From Octopus vulgaris (taxonomy: Eukaryota), in assembly GCA_951406725.2 (NCBI GenBank), contig OX597814.1, positions 117,242,001-117,306,000 on the forward strand: DNA of 64,000 nucleotides, read 5' to 3'. Each line of letters opens with the position of its first letter. Position 1 is the first letter of the stretch. Below the pieces are notes generated by a model that saw only the letters and a program-made list of their open reading frames with translations, did no database searches and had not been told where the DNA came from. Positions 1-13,179 of the stretch are shown in pieces. The position numbers were made by a program, and so were the translations under genes.

Positions 1-390
1 GAAATAGATATCTTCACTCAGAGCCACTTCAAACAGAGAATTCTTGCAGTGGATGATTAGCATTTCCATTATGATGAAGAACAATTTGAAATAGCATATC
101 ATACTTAGAAATTTCGATGTGGGTTAAAACGTGCTGTAGAATAAATAAACAATAACAGTGTCATGAGGGGAAACTCTCGATATACATTGATTCGTCGACA
201 TGAATTCGGAACACATAAATGATTAAAACGTTGGTACTAAACATTAGTAAGACCATTAGAAGGTAGAGTTGCTATGGATCGCTTGACGCATCAGAACAAA
301 TGTGAAACAAATCTGAACGCTGGTTTCCAATGTGGTTAATGGTTTCGCTATCGGATTCGATCTCACTTCACGCGACGTTTAAATGTATTT

Positions 391-622
391 ATTTCTTTAC
401 TACCCACAAGGGGCTAAACACAGAGAGGACAAACAAGGACAGACAAACGGATTAAGTCGATTATATCGACTCCAGTGCGTAACTGGTACTTATTTAATCG
501 ACCCAGAAAGGATGAAAGGTAAAGTCGACCTCGGCGGAATTTGAACTCAGAAAGCAGCGGCAGACAAAATACCGCTAAGCATTTTGCCCGGCGTGCTAAC
601 GTTACTGCCAGCTCACCGCCTT
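391..622 (-). mobile_element. tRNA-derived SINE, family A
   Basis: Reverse complement of the 9000-9230 repeat; B-box-like GAGTTCAAATTCC; flanking TSD cga(c/t)gtttaaatgtattt at 373-390 and 623-640. Confidence 0.9.
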
Positions 623-1768
623 CGATGTTTAAATGTATTTTCTCTTCGAGCACCAGCTCTACCTAATCCTTGAGACAAGTATAACTGAAGTAAATATTCT
701 TCTTATTCCTGTTCGGAGATAGAGTTAATCTCACATGCCATCGTCGTGGTTCATTTTCTCACAAATATTTAGTTTATATCAATCCTTTAACTATTTATTT
801 CTGCTCTTCATTCATGTATCTTGAAAGCTTTTAAAAGGCTGATGTACGTTGCTTTTCCTTGTCTAATCATCATAAAAACGAAGGAAATTAATCGGATTTT
901 TGTTGGTCACAAGAACGTTCATTTAGTTGTTACCCCCACTTGAATTCTCCTCTCGTTAAATTCATTTCTGAGTGGCAGGCATTCGAAAGATCCGCGTATC
1001 TTCATTGTAATTTTCAAAGCTAGCGTTATACTGGGCACAATACATATGAAGCGGAGCTTTCTAACGGCTACTGTTTACGCAATTTCACTGTAAAGAATTA
1101 GTTAAACAAATTTAGTGCTAGAAAGCTTTTGCCCAAGACGCCACCGATATAACATTTTAGGATCAAACAACTGATTAATCCGAAGCCTGTTTCTTAGCTT
1201 TTTAGCTAATCTTCGGCAGACTACGCGCACAAAATTGAAATGAGATAACTAGAGAGCTCACCTGCATAAAAGCAAAAGAGAGAGTAACACATTCTCACTG
1301 ACAAACGTGGACGACCTTATACAAATTCTCTTGTAGCATGTCCCTGAAGCGTGTAATGTAGCGCTTGATATAAAATACAGATATTCCTATTTCATTATTG
1401 TGATTTTATTTGTCCTTGGCAAATGAACATATATCAACATCATGACATCTCATACAGGAATTTATTGAATTAACTGGTGTCTTCAGTCATCGATTGGAGT
1501 GGTATAAAATTATAAGATGTTTGTCAAGACTGATGTGGACGCCATTAAACAATCACGCTATATTATTTCATTTTCTTCAGAAGTTATAACTGAATTGAAC
1601 TTAAATAATCAGATAACTTTATTTGTGCGAATCCCCAAAGATTATCCCATACTTATCAAATATTGTATTTAACAGGAAAAAGTAAATAACCAAACACACT
1701 TGAGTATATGAGAGCGACTACACTATACTATAAAATAAGGTAACATAATATGATATAACATAATATAA

Positions 1769-2160
1769 CTAGCAGTATCACCCGGCATTGCTCGGGTTTG
1801 TTTCGATCCTTTCGAATTGAAATTCTTGAAAAGTAAAAATTGTGCGTTATATAGCTTGTTATTCTCTTTAAGTGAACATTTTCCTGGTTGAAATACACCA
1901 ACAAATGGCGGCACAGCAGTCAAAAACTCGTAAAAAATAGAGATTTTCATAGAAAAAAAGCACCTTTTTGATGTAAATGATTTTTGGTGTTAGCTTGGTC
2001 AGATTTCAATTCTGTCTTCTACTGAGGGAAGAGCAAGTCTTTTTCTATCATACTCTCAATTTTGGTTTACTTGCGCTACAGGGTCTCGGAGGAAATAGTG
2101 TTAGTTGAAGGCTGCCAAACCTGCCATACACAGACAACTTAAGCTTTATATATAGAGAGA
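1769..2160 (-). mobile_element. Non-autonomous Helitron-like element
   Basis: On the minus strand it begins TC (2160) after an A and ends CTAG (1769) before a T; subterminal GC hairpin cccggcattgctcggg (1781-1796); no TSD. Confidence 0.7.
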
Positions 2161-3036
2161 TATAATATGATATAATATAATATAATATAATATAATACAG
2201 AGGCGTTTACGAAAATATAGGTCATTCAACCTTGTTACTTTTCGATATTAGTAAAGAGAGTAAATAAAAGCTGCTCTTGAAATAATCATTAACGAACTTG
2301 GGAAACAAAATCTCGCGAACCGTGGTAGCATGTTTATTCAGATATTTCTTCCCTTAAATGAAGTAATTAATTTGCCACCATAATGAAAGATTAGACTACA
2401 AGTGCCTTGTGAAAGGAACGGTGAATTAACAATTTGCCTCTCCATTTAGTGTAAATAACAGAAAGAACAGAATTCTGCTTCAAACTCTTCATTAGAGTCT
2501 CTTAAATCCGAAAAGAAATGAAATAGAAGGATTAATTTCTGAATTAATGATGTCATCAATGTTGTATTTGCCGGTAGACTTTCTTAGTCATTAGAAAATT
2601 TTCAAGTGATTTGCAAATTAGAAGTTGTATTTTAAAATATTTCTTTCATTATTATGACAAAATTTCCTGATGCTTCAAAGTAGAAGTGAACCTCAAAATG
2701 GATAATGACGTATGAAACAAAACTTGATTGTAGAAAAATAGCTGAAACAAAGTCTACATACTAAAATTAAAATGAAAATATACTGATTCATAACATGCTC
2801 GCCCACTTGTAATAACTCTATGTAAAATTGACAAAAATATATACATGTGTGTCTATGAATTTGTATGTATCCATCTGTGTGTGAATGTATGTATGTATAA
2901 GTATGTAACTTATAGTAGCTAATATACATATTCTTTACCTTCTTTAGAATTCTTTAAATGGCTTCCGTTTTAAAGCTACAATAATGCTGGGGGACCAAGG
3001 TTATATATATATATATAACGTTGGTGCCCATATATA

Positions 3037-3297
3037 TTCTTTTACTTATATCAGCCATTTGACTGTGGCCTTGCTGGAGCACCAGAATTTATTCTTTGTA
3101 AGCTAGTACTTACTCTACCGGTCTCTTTTGCTGAACAGCTAGATTACGCGGATGTAAAGACACCAGCACTGTTTGTCAAGAGATGATGGCGGGGCACAAA
3201 CACATGCATATATATATATATATATATATATACGATGGGCTTCTTTCAGTTTCCGTCTACCAGATCCCCTCACAAGGATTTGGCTATTCTGAGGCTA
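3037..3297 (-). mobile_element. SINE family B, 5'-truncated
   Basis: Matches the reverse complement of the 3' two-thirds of 52085-52505, including the internal (TA)n. Confidence 0.8.
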
Positions 3298-3299
3298 CC

Positions 3300-3994
3300 T
3301 TGTTTTCAGCCGTGCGAGCTATATTTATGATCCAGCATCGTTTGCTTTCTTTTTTCAATTAACGCACACACTATGCCTGGTTTCCTATTCTCTATTTCCT
3401 GGTCGCACTGAATCATAAAATCCCAAAGGATCTTTGCATCATCATTTTCGATGATGCCTTCGTGTTTATGTTCATACCATATTTTTGCTCTGTCAAGCCG
3501 ATACATATTGCAAAGTGTCCAATGGAAAACTCTTGCTATATTGTCATGACGTCTTTTATATTCTTTCTAATGACGTACATTGACTGCTAATATGCCATAC
3601 GGTTTCACCATTTTGCGAAAAAATTCTGTACTTAAAACTTTCTGATATGTTTGTTGTCTATTCTGTATTGGATGTAATTGATTCTTAATGCTTACTGTTA
3701 GGCAGCACAGATTAGAGCCTCCGTTTCCGGTTTCAAATCACTTTTAGTCCTCTATAATCATATTTTTCACTGTCTGTCTTATCTTCAACATCCCAATGAA
3801 ATTGTCTATGCATTATTTTCTTTATTCATCTATTTTCTGTTTCAATCATTCGCAATTGCTTGTATAGTGCTTTATCTTTGCAATCTTTCATCCTACAGAA
3901 GCCTGACCTTCTTACTGCTAATAATAGTGATTCTGTGGCATTTTTTAAATCCCATGATATGTTGTTTTTCAGCTTTAATGCTGTGTTCGCACCC
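3300..3994 (-). mobile_element. R4/Dong-like non-LTR retrotransposon fragment (CCHC plus restriction-like endonuclease region), decayed
   Basis: ORF 3306-3506 reads WYEHKHEGIIENDDAKILWDFMIQCDQEIENRKP, the typical pre-RLE/RLE motif; stops and frameshifts upstream. Confidence 0.8.
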
Positions 3995-4203
<209 letters not shown>

Positions 4204-4742
4204 TGAGTGAGAGAGCAGTGCATGCCATCAAAGTGACACTGTGGTAAAATATGCGAAGCCCAGTATACCCATCATGACCACGCGTCTGAAAAGCGTACAC
4301 TAGATACATGCATCACAACAATATGTGCGCGACATGGTGATCTCATTAAGATTAACAGCACATGACCTTGCAGGTGGGGCCCAGTTAGAATGTTCTGCTG
4401 GTCGAAAAAGTTCCCTGAATAAGGATTGTTTAAGGATGTTGAACGAAATACCCATGTTTCCAGAGATGATTATTTAAACCCCACAGAATCCCTCTCAACA
4501 CATGGCTATGATGCTCCCCGACTACTTCTCTTCATGATCAGAGATGGATGCACACATCGTCAGCCACTAAGGGGCATGCTCAACTGGTTACGGCCAAACA
4601 ACTGACAAGCAAATCTATGGTATTGAGCAGAGTATTTGCTGTAGCCCATCTTTTATACCAAGACAAAACAATGTACATGATAACACTTCGAATCAGTTAA
4701 GATCAAAAGCCACGAGAGCCACTGCCTGGTACTGCATCAGGC
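4204..4742 (-). mobile_element. Probable LINE 3' UTR or SINE ending in a (TAA)n tail
   Basis: Higher-GC block that on the minus strand ends ...ctctcactcagtaataataa, running into the microsatellite; single copy here, so identity is inferred. Confidence 0.4.
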
Positions 4743-5426
4743 TTTGTGTATTTTCCGGTGGCTACGATGGCGTGGTGAAATATATACACTCTAAAAGCAG
4801 TGGGTAGTAAAACACTGCAGAATCATGAGCAGACGAGATATCAATCTGAGTTGTTTTAATACCCAGCGCTTTGAGAGTGTATATACTCCACCAGGCTATC
4901 GCAGACACCAGTAAACACACAAATACATTAAATATACGTAGTTAATGATATTTAGAATGCTAGAACCACTTTTATTTCATATATAGTTCTAAGTCAACCA
5001 TTCTAGATGAGGTTATTAATTTCTAAATAAATCTCATAGTCAAGTGGCAAAATGTAGACTCAATTAAAGTGGCCTTTTTATATTAATGTAACATATTTGT
5101 CAAATAAAAGCAAAAATTAATCTCCATTTGTTTTAAAGTCGCAAGGAAGAAATACTAAAAGTAATATTTTTGTAATCTATTTCATTATGCTGTATTTTTG
5201 CCATTTGTCATTCATGTCCAAACACAGAATAATGATATATATTAAATGGATGATTATTTTATATTAGGATAGCCTGTGATGTTATTAAATTCTGTATTAG
5301 TATTTAATCTAGTAGCATATCATTTGTGACCCTGTCTTTGTGAGGCCAAATTGCGAGTAACATCAATAATCTCATTGCATCTACAAATTAAGTATCGCAC
5401 ATGCAAGTCATGAATTCAGAATGTCA

Positions 5427-5600
5427 GGTGCATGAGTGGCTTTGTGATAAGTAGCTTTCTTACCAACCACATGGTTCCGGGTTCAGTCTCACTCCGTGGC
5501 ACTTTGTGCAAGTGTTTTCTATTTTAGCCTCGGGTCGACCAAAGCCTTGTCAGTGGATTTGGTAGACGGAAACTGAAAGAGGCCCGTCGAATGGATATAG

Positions 5601-5633
<33 letters not shown>

Positions 5634-5905
5634 TGTATGTATGTATGTATGTATGTATGTATGTATGCATGTATGCATGTATGTATGTGTGTGTATATGT
5701 TTGTGTGTCAGTGTTTGTCCCCCCAACATCGCTTCACAACCGACGCTGGTGTGTTTACGTCCCCGCAACTTAGCGACTCGGCAAAAGAGACCGATAGAAG
5801 AAGTACTAGGCTTACAAAGAATATGTCCTGGGGTTAATTTGCTCGACTAAAGACGGTGCTCCAGTATGGCCACAGTCGAATTACTAAAACAAATAAAAGA
5901 GTAAA
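5427..5905 (+). mobile_element. SINE family B with internal microsatellite
   Basis: A-box/B-box-like head (GGTTCAGTC), internal (TATG)n, 3' tail ggtgctccagtatggcc; about 10 related copies in the window. Confidence 0.9.
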
Positions 5906-6239
5906 TACGTTACAAAATACAAGACAACTTGTTCACTGTCTCAATCGTTTTCCAAAATATGAATATAGATACCTAACTTCAATATTATGTGGTTAGGGAA
6001 AGAACTAGAAGTTGCCACTGCTTACCGAAGCCTTCTTTGTAGTCGATGTTTACTGATGTTTACTTCTGGCCAAACGGTTGGAATTAGTTTTCATACTCTC
6101 ATTAGACACAGCACGGCTTGCCAAGTTTTGAAGACTAGGTTGCTCTCTTAAAACTAGGTTGGTTCGTCTGTCGAAGTGTGTCGCTGTAGTTTCGGCACTA
6201 CGTATTCTCACTACCAGGTGAGAGCTGGGTGTCTGGGAA

Positions 6240-6600
6240 GAAGGAAATACTTAGAAGCATTGTTCACGAGGAAATAGAATAAATGGTTGTACCAGACTGA
6301 TAACGCAAACTAAAGATGGTATACATCTCTGTCTGTAATACAACAAACAATAATGATAATAACACCACAAACAATATGAGTTGCTTTTTGTGTGTGTCAT
6401 TTATGGGAAGAGATGCTTGGATCATGCAGGCTTGGTCAGCCATCACAGAACTCAAAGGAATCAGTCCTTTGTAAATTGAGATTTGGCTATTGTTCACAAC
6501 AGAACGTGTGCAACCTGCGGAAAGATGTATCTTTCAGCTGTAGGGTTGAAAAGGTACGTCAAAAAAATTCGTACTGCGGTGGCTGTTCCTTCTACTAGAC
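6240..6600 (+). mobile_element. Decayed RTE-like LINE 3' end (tandem zinc-finger remnants)
   Basis: Hand translation gives CVIYGKRCLDHAGLVSHHR and CATCGKMYLSAVGLKRY, the same two-finger layout as 36058-36345. Confidence 0.5.
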
Positions 6601-6903
6601 AGTACACGTAGTGGGCACGTCAAGTTTTCTTTACTTCGATGGCACGTAAAAGAATACTTGTTTGACTGTATTTTGGAATATTGTAAGCAACATTGCTGTT
6701 TGTTTTGGTAAAGAATAAAGAAATTGCTGTTTTCATTAAATTCTATTGTTACTCTAGGGAGTTTTATATTTCAATGAAGTCAATGTTCATTTGGTCTAAT
6801 TCTGCTAACAATCCCCTCATCGCCTTTATTATTGTTTTTATTAGCGGTGGCGATGCTAGCAGTAGTAATAGCATTAGTACTTGTTGTCGTTATCACCATC
6901 ATC

Positions 6904-6955
<52 letters not shown>

Positions 6956-7337
6956 CACACGCACACACACACACAAACACGCACACATATATGGCAGAAA
7001 GGTTGAGTTCGAGTACATATTTTTAATTTGGTGGGGTCCAAAGTTAGATTTCTAATAAAGAATCTTCATATTAAATGTATAGCTTACTACTCTAAGTTTT
7101 GTTTTACAAAAGAATATGAAAATCTTTCAAGTATCAGGTGTGTTATGAGCATTTATAGAACACGTGTCTTATATAAACTAAACAAACAATTAATGATGGA
7201 AAAGAGAAGATATGAAAACTTTAATAAAAATTAGAATTTTATAAAACCTTTAACATCTTCCCTACTCCATCTTTAATTTTTGTTGAGTTTATATAGGATA
7301 CGCGTACTATAAATGCTCAGAGAATACCTGATACTTA

Positions 7338-7386
<49 letters not shown>

Positions 7387-7608
7387 TCAATATAGGGTGG
7401 CAAAAAAATTTTGTAGAATTCTTTTGCCACCAGCGGCCTAGTAGGAAAAAATTAAAATAGTCATAGACCATTTTTAAGTTCAACATCAACAATAAAGGAA
7501 CGGCCATAATAGGCCATTCACCCACTAGAAATAACAGCCAAAGCTTCAACCGCAAATAAAAGTTAATTCAGTAAACCAGGAGAAAATTTAAAAAACATTT
7601 ACCCTGTA

Positions 7609-7715
7609 ATTTCTTATACGATATACCGTTTCATCTGCTGATTAATGGTAAACTAACCTGATTAAATTAAATCAAGCCAATCTTCCACAGGCCCTCAGAT
7701 TCTTCAGTAAGAAAT
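7609..7715 (-). ncRNA. Type I hammerhead ribozyme motif (inverted copy)
   Basis: Reverse complement of 7938-8044. Confidence 0.85.
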
Positions 7716-7937
7716 AGCCCAAGACGGAACAGATATTTTCACGAGGCATTTCCGACGTTGCCACCCTATATTGATTAATTATGAATTTTCTGGTTAATTC
7801 CGTAATGGAATCGACGGCTTATATTTATTTGCTGCCGATAAATTTGGCGCGAGTGCGACGATTTGAAAATTTTAGGTCAGATATAAACTTGGCAACGTCG
7901 GAAATGCCTCGTGAAAATATCTGTTCCGTCTTGGGCT

Positions 7938-8044
7938 ATTTCTTACTGAAGAATCTGAGGGCCTGTGGAAGATTGGCTTGATTTAATTTAATCAGGTTAG
8001 TTTACCATTAATCAGCAGATGAAACGGTATATCGTATAAGAAAT
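7938..8044 (+). ncRNA. Type I hammerhead ribozyme motif
   Basis: Stem I atttctta/taagaaat; core CTGAAGA (7946); stem II atctg/cagat enclosing a long hairpin; GAAAC; stem III acg/cgt; cleavage triplet GTA 8034-8036. Confidence 0.85.
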
Positions 8045-8163
8045 TACAGGGTAAATGTTTTTAAATTTTCTCCTGGTTTACTGAATTAACTTTTATTTGC
8101 GGTTGAAGCTTTGGCTGTTATTTCTAGTGGGTGAATGGCCTATTATGGCCGTTCCTTTATTGT

Positions 8164-8219
<56 letters not shown>

Positions 8220-8273
8220 TTATATATATATATATATATATATATATGAGTGTGTGTATGTGTGTATATATAT

Positions 8274-8783
8274 ATAATTATTTATATCAAGGTAATAAAC
8301 AATTTAAAAAATGTTTTCTATCAGTGGCCTAGCGTCTAAAAAAATTGTTAATAGACCATATAGTATCCATATAAATATTGTACATTTAAACACATAAGAG
8401 GTATCCGCCGTAGTATTCCTTGCAAGCTAGAAGGAACAGCTAAAATCCAAACCACTATTAGGGATAAATTTCGAAGGGAATGATAAATAAAAACAGTTAC
8501 ATCTATCTCCTGGGCCATGGTTTCGGACTTTGTTTTAGCAAATAAAATAATTTCCTGGGCGAAGTCTTTATCAACAGGTACGCCTTTTATCCCTAATATT
8601 GGTTTGGATTTTAGCTGTTCCTTCTAGCGTGCAAGGAACCCTATGACGGATACCTCTTATGTGTTCAAACGTACACTGTATTTATATGAATAATATATAT
8701 TCTAGTGACAATTTTTTTTACACGCTAGGCCACTAGTAGTAAATATTTCTAAATTTTTTTATTACCCTGATATTATTAATTAT
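8274..8783. mobile_element. Older retrozyme/pLTR-like inverted insertion with decayed hammerhead
   Basis: Imperfect inverted arms 8274-8468 / 8586-8783; minus strand 8509-8578 reads cctg-TTGATAA-agactt...aagtcc-GAAAC-catg-GCC-cagg (mutated core). Confidence 0.6.
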
Positions 8784-8999
8784 TCATAATTTTTTCTTCA
8801 TAATTTTCGAAGAAACGCCGGCATTCTTTTATTTGCTGCCGCCAAAAAATGCGCTTGTAAAAGCACGTGGCACATGCTGGATTGCCTCATACTTATATGA
8901 TTCGGATATTCTGTTTGAAATATTTTTCATTAGTTCATTGCTATGCAGTGTTGAATTGCGAAAAATGTTTATTGATACGGTTTCTATTTTCGCTCAAAA

Positions 9000-9230
9000 G
9001 GCGGCGAGCTGGCAGAAACGTTAGCACGCCGGGCGAAATGCGTAGCCGTATTTCGTCTGCCGTTACATTCTGAGTTCAAATTCCACCGAGGTCGACTTTG
9101 CCTTTCATCCTTTCGGGGTTGATTAAATAAGTACCAGTTACGGACTGGGGTCGATGTAATCGACTTAATCCGTTTGTCTGTCCTTGTTTGTCCCCTCTGT
9201 GTTTAGCCCCTTGTGGGCAGTAAAGAAAGA
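9000..9230 (+). mobile_element. tRNA-derived SINE, family A
   Basis: A-box-like TGGCAGAAACGTT and B-box-like GAGTTCAAATTCC; perfect 17-bp TSD ggtttctattttcgctc at 8979-8995 and 9231-9247. Confidence 0.92.
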
Positions 9231-10285
9231 GGTTTCTATTTTCGCTCGGTTTCTGATATAGGACGTAAAGTCTCTAGGTCTAGTTTAACGTGTACGGTAT
9301 TTACGCTCCTGGAATCGTTTGAAAATTCTATCGAGAAATAAAAGTTCCTTCGGAGGTATACATATATGTGTGTGCGTGTGTGTGTGTGTATGCGCTTGCG
9401 AGCGAGTGTGCGTGTGCGGTTATGTGTATGCGTCTATATATATGCATATGTATCTGTACTCTTAATCAATAATATACATATTTGTACACATATGAATGCG
9501 CGTCGAGATATGAGAAAGATTATATGCTATTCATATATTTACGCACACGCACACGCACACACACACACAGACACACACACAAACACACACACACACACAA
9601 GTCCATGCTTACACAAAACAAAAACATGCCCAATGAATGCGTGAGACTGAGTTTTCGTGTACTTGTGATATCCATAGAAATTGTTAACAGAATTTTTGAA
9701 TACGCATTCCACGTTTCAAATTATTTTCCACATAAACTTTGATACACATAATTCTATTAAGAAGCATGTATATATTTTTTTTACCTGCCATTACGAATAT
9801 TTTCAATTAATATATGGTATAATCCTTCTGCTTCGTGTATTGAAAATAGAATTAATATTTAAGTGAGATATTAATGATTTAATTATATGTGCGCAATAAA
9901 TAAACTAAAATGTTATTTAAGATATTCAGATGTGTACATTAGAAGCTGTTCTCAATTAGATAAATAATGCATATACGAGTATAATGGCAGGGATAATTTG
10001 CATAGAATATTTGCAAGATAGGCAGTATGTCAATTTCGATGTCATGCGTTAGATGCAAGATTCAAATTATATATAATATGAGGATATTTCTACTTAAATA
10101 AAATTACGCTCGCCTTAATGAACAATTGTTTATGATGTGTGTAGTATTTCAATATTCATATAACTCATTGCAAGTGTGGTCGTTTTGACTATACTATTTG
10201 ACACTGCACGAGTCCTCATCGAACAAATCTATTACCAAATTTTCCCCCGTGGTGAACATCTAGCCTTTTTCCTGTAAATATATGT

Positions 10286-10588
10286 GGAGGCACATGGCCT
10301 AATGGTTAGAGCAGCGGACTCGCGGTCGAGGGATCGCAGATTCGAATCTCAGACCGAGCGATGTGTGTGTTTATGAACGAAACACTTAAGCTCCACGTGA
10401 CTCCGGCAGGAGGAAATGGCGAACTTTTGCTGACTCTTTCGCCACAACTTTTTCTCACTCTTTCCTCCTGTATCTTGCAGCTCACCTGCGACGGACCGGC
10501 GTCCCGTCCAATGGGGAATTTATACACCAAGGAAACCGAGAAACTGGCCCTTATGAGCCAGGCGTGGCTCCAGAAGGAACAAACAACA
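10286..10588 (+). mobile_element. tRNA-derived SINE, family C
   Basis: tRNA-like head TGGCCTAATGGTTAGAGC...GATTCGAATCTC, (AAC)-rich tail; homologous to 29983-30230 and 61727-62005. Confidence 0.9.
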
Positions 10589-11382
10589 TTGTAAATATCG
10601 TATTATTTCTCAGAGGCTAGAATAAACTTTAAGGTAATTGAGCTGGTATAGCAATTAATGTGAATCTGTTCACACATCCGTGCTAATTTTCTCGTAAAAT
10701 TGAATGTGTTTAAGTGCAGTACAATTATCTATCGGTGCACCGGGATATAGAAGGGTAACTGAAACTGCGAAGAAACGTTTGAGAAAGGTTTTGTTATAAT
10801 GGAAAAGAGACATCAGAGAGCAGATCTGAAAGAAAATGGATAGAGTTTCGTTTTACAACATGCAGGGATCACACTGTTTATCGACACAAAATTTAATAAT
10901 GTTCGGTGTAATATTGTCTATTTATATATTACACTCTTGGTGTCATTTCGACACGACACAACGTTACTGGAAGTAATCGAAAATTAAAGGTATTTCCACG
11001 TCGATGGTCCCATATTGGTTTCAGACATTTATATAACGATCTATTTCGGAGTATAAGAATCCTTTTTTGCTTTTTAGTTTTATAATGGTCCTATGTTATC
11101 ACAGATACATGAATCTCATTCGAAGAGGGTTGTATGAATATTAACATGGTTGGCTCCATATGAATATTATGTATGAATATTAACATGGTTGGCTCCATAT
11201 TTAGGAGCGATATTTTAAACTGGACTTGTGAAATGGTTGGAGTCTCTGTTGAGAATTTTGCTACTAGTAATTAAATAAACAAATAAATAAATATACATGC
11301 TAGATAGTGTATAATTGAACAACGTATTACGTAGTAAAAATCAGGTGTATTATACGATTATACGCGTACACATACACACCAA

Positions 11383-11444
<62 letters not shown>

Positions 11445-11468
11445 TGTTTACGTATGTATGCTTGTTCA

Positions 11469-11506
<38 letters not shown>

Positions 11507-11508
11507 AT

Positions 11509-11690
11509 TTTCACCATGATAGATCGCTAGCTACTACCCATTCTTTATTTTCTCTCATTGTTTCTTTCAGTGTTCCTTTCTGTGGAAGAGCGTAGGCTCG
11601 AAACGTTAAAGACTTTTTTCACTTCCCGAGCGTTATACTACCTGTCTTCGTCATTTTCTTTTTTTTTTTTTTTTGGTGAATTCTCCCCCT
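11509..11690 (+). mobile_element. Short pLTR-like repeat with variant hammerhead, between (TA)n tracts
   Basis: cttt-CTGTGGA-a-gagc-gtag-gctc-GAAAC-GTT-aaag at 11576-11611; related copies at 16822, 33380 and 43950. Confidence 0.6.
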
Positions 11691-11711
11691 ATATATATAT
11701 ATATATATATA

Positions 11712-12075
11712 CAGCAGAAGGGAACACCCCTGCATGGTACCAGAGATTCCAACATCAGCATCAAAATATAGGACCTGAAACTACAACAGCTTGTGTTTCA
11801 GGGAACCACAGCTATTCGATATCTTTCGTAAATGCCTGAGAGACCTGCATGGTGTGGATATGGCTTTCTTTAAAACTAAACTCGATCTCTTCTTGTCAGG
11901 GATTCGAAATGAACCTACCTCTCGTCAGATTACACAGATGCGGGCAGCGGCGCCGAACTCGTTTGTTGACTAAGTACCACGTATCAGATGTGGTTTCACA
12001 TACTAGTGTAGCACGGTCAAAGGTGGTGCCCCAGCATGGCCGCAGCTTTCGGGCTCAAACAATTTAAAGGATTAT
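11712..12075 (+). mobile_element. CR1/L2-group LINE 3' end, 5'-truncated
   Basis: Translation NSLCFREPQLFDIF..CLRDL...FFKTKLDLFLSGIRNEP...RAAAPNS resembles the CR1-type ORF2 C-terminus; short 3' UTR follows. Confidence 0.7.
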
Positions 12076-12080
12076 TTTAA

Positions 12081-12133
<53 letters not shown>

Positions 12134-13179
12134 GGGAGTGTATGCATGTATATATGTATGTATGTATATAACACATGAAAAATTACGAATAAAATTGAAA
12201 ACAGTAACAGTAAAATTGGTTTGTTATTGTCAGTGCTACACTCACAGAGTTCACCGCAGACTATTGTTTGTAATTCGTGACTTCAATCAACTACTGAGGA
12301 ATATTAAAATGTTGAATGTCATACAACGAGAAAAGTTGGCAAGTTTCCAAGTACATTTCACAACTTTATTAATTTTCAATCAAGACTTTGTATAATATTC
12401 TGAATAATTTTAGACCCATTAAATGTTTTCCAAAAATTAATAATCTCGCTTAAGCAAACTGTATCGTAAATCTCTTTAGAAAATGTAATAAATAGCTTTC
12501 TTCTCAGAAGATTCAAATGACAAATTGCAATCCAATAGATAAGACAAGACTGGAATTAATATTTCTGTGGTGCATGAAATGGTTCATCGCATCTGTGAGA
12601 ACATCTTAATTAAAGCAAGATGTGTATCCACATCTCTTCAAGATATTGATTAGATTCAACTAACTTGTCACCAGAAATCCTTTCAGTAATAAAAAAAAAG
12701 TTGTACTGTAATTTAAATTACCAAATGATTTATGATTAATTCTGGTTGAATAAAAATGTAGAGCATGAAAAACTTTGAAGATGTAATAACCATGGTCCAA
12801 CCTGTTCGCAATATTTTTTTCTCTTATCATTTATTTTATGACTCATTATGAATAATAGAAAAGAGAGCGTCACCGCGCGTCATAAAATTATGTAGTATTT
12901 GTTTGATGTTCAAATAATATTATGTGCAAAATTGTAACACGTATGCATACATGCTCCCATACTTACATGCACAAATATATGTTCGCGCGCATGTGTGTAG
13001 GCGTGTGGACGCATGCGCGTGCGTGCACATAGATAGGTTCCAAACATTTAAACGGCAGTGTAACAAACAAAAATTCACGCATGGGACACTGCTAATTCCT
13101 CGTCAGTTATCAATCCAAAGGATCATAACATTTTCACTCCTTTATCTATAACATTGTTCATTTTTTGGTGGTGTTAGCG

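Larger units (their letters stand above)
7379..8167. mobile_element. Hammerhead-bearing retrozyme / PLE pseudo-LTR insertion with inverted segment, in (TA)n
   Basis: 7485-7763 is a near-perfect reverse complement of 7890-8167; 7379-7403 is the reverse complement of 7758-7782; (TA)n on both flanks. Confidence 0.8.

Noticed and set aside
10286-10360. tRNA gene calls for SINE heads (also 53154, 54745 and others)
   Set aside because: They continue into multi-copy SINE bodies, some with TSDs, and do not form complete cloverleafs.
11131-11200. 31-bp local duplication (tgtatgaatattaacatggttggctccatat)
   Set aside because: Ordinary slippage or repair duplication; two copies only.
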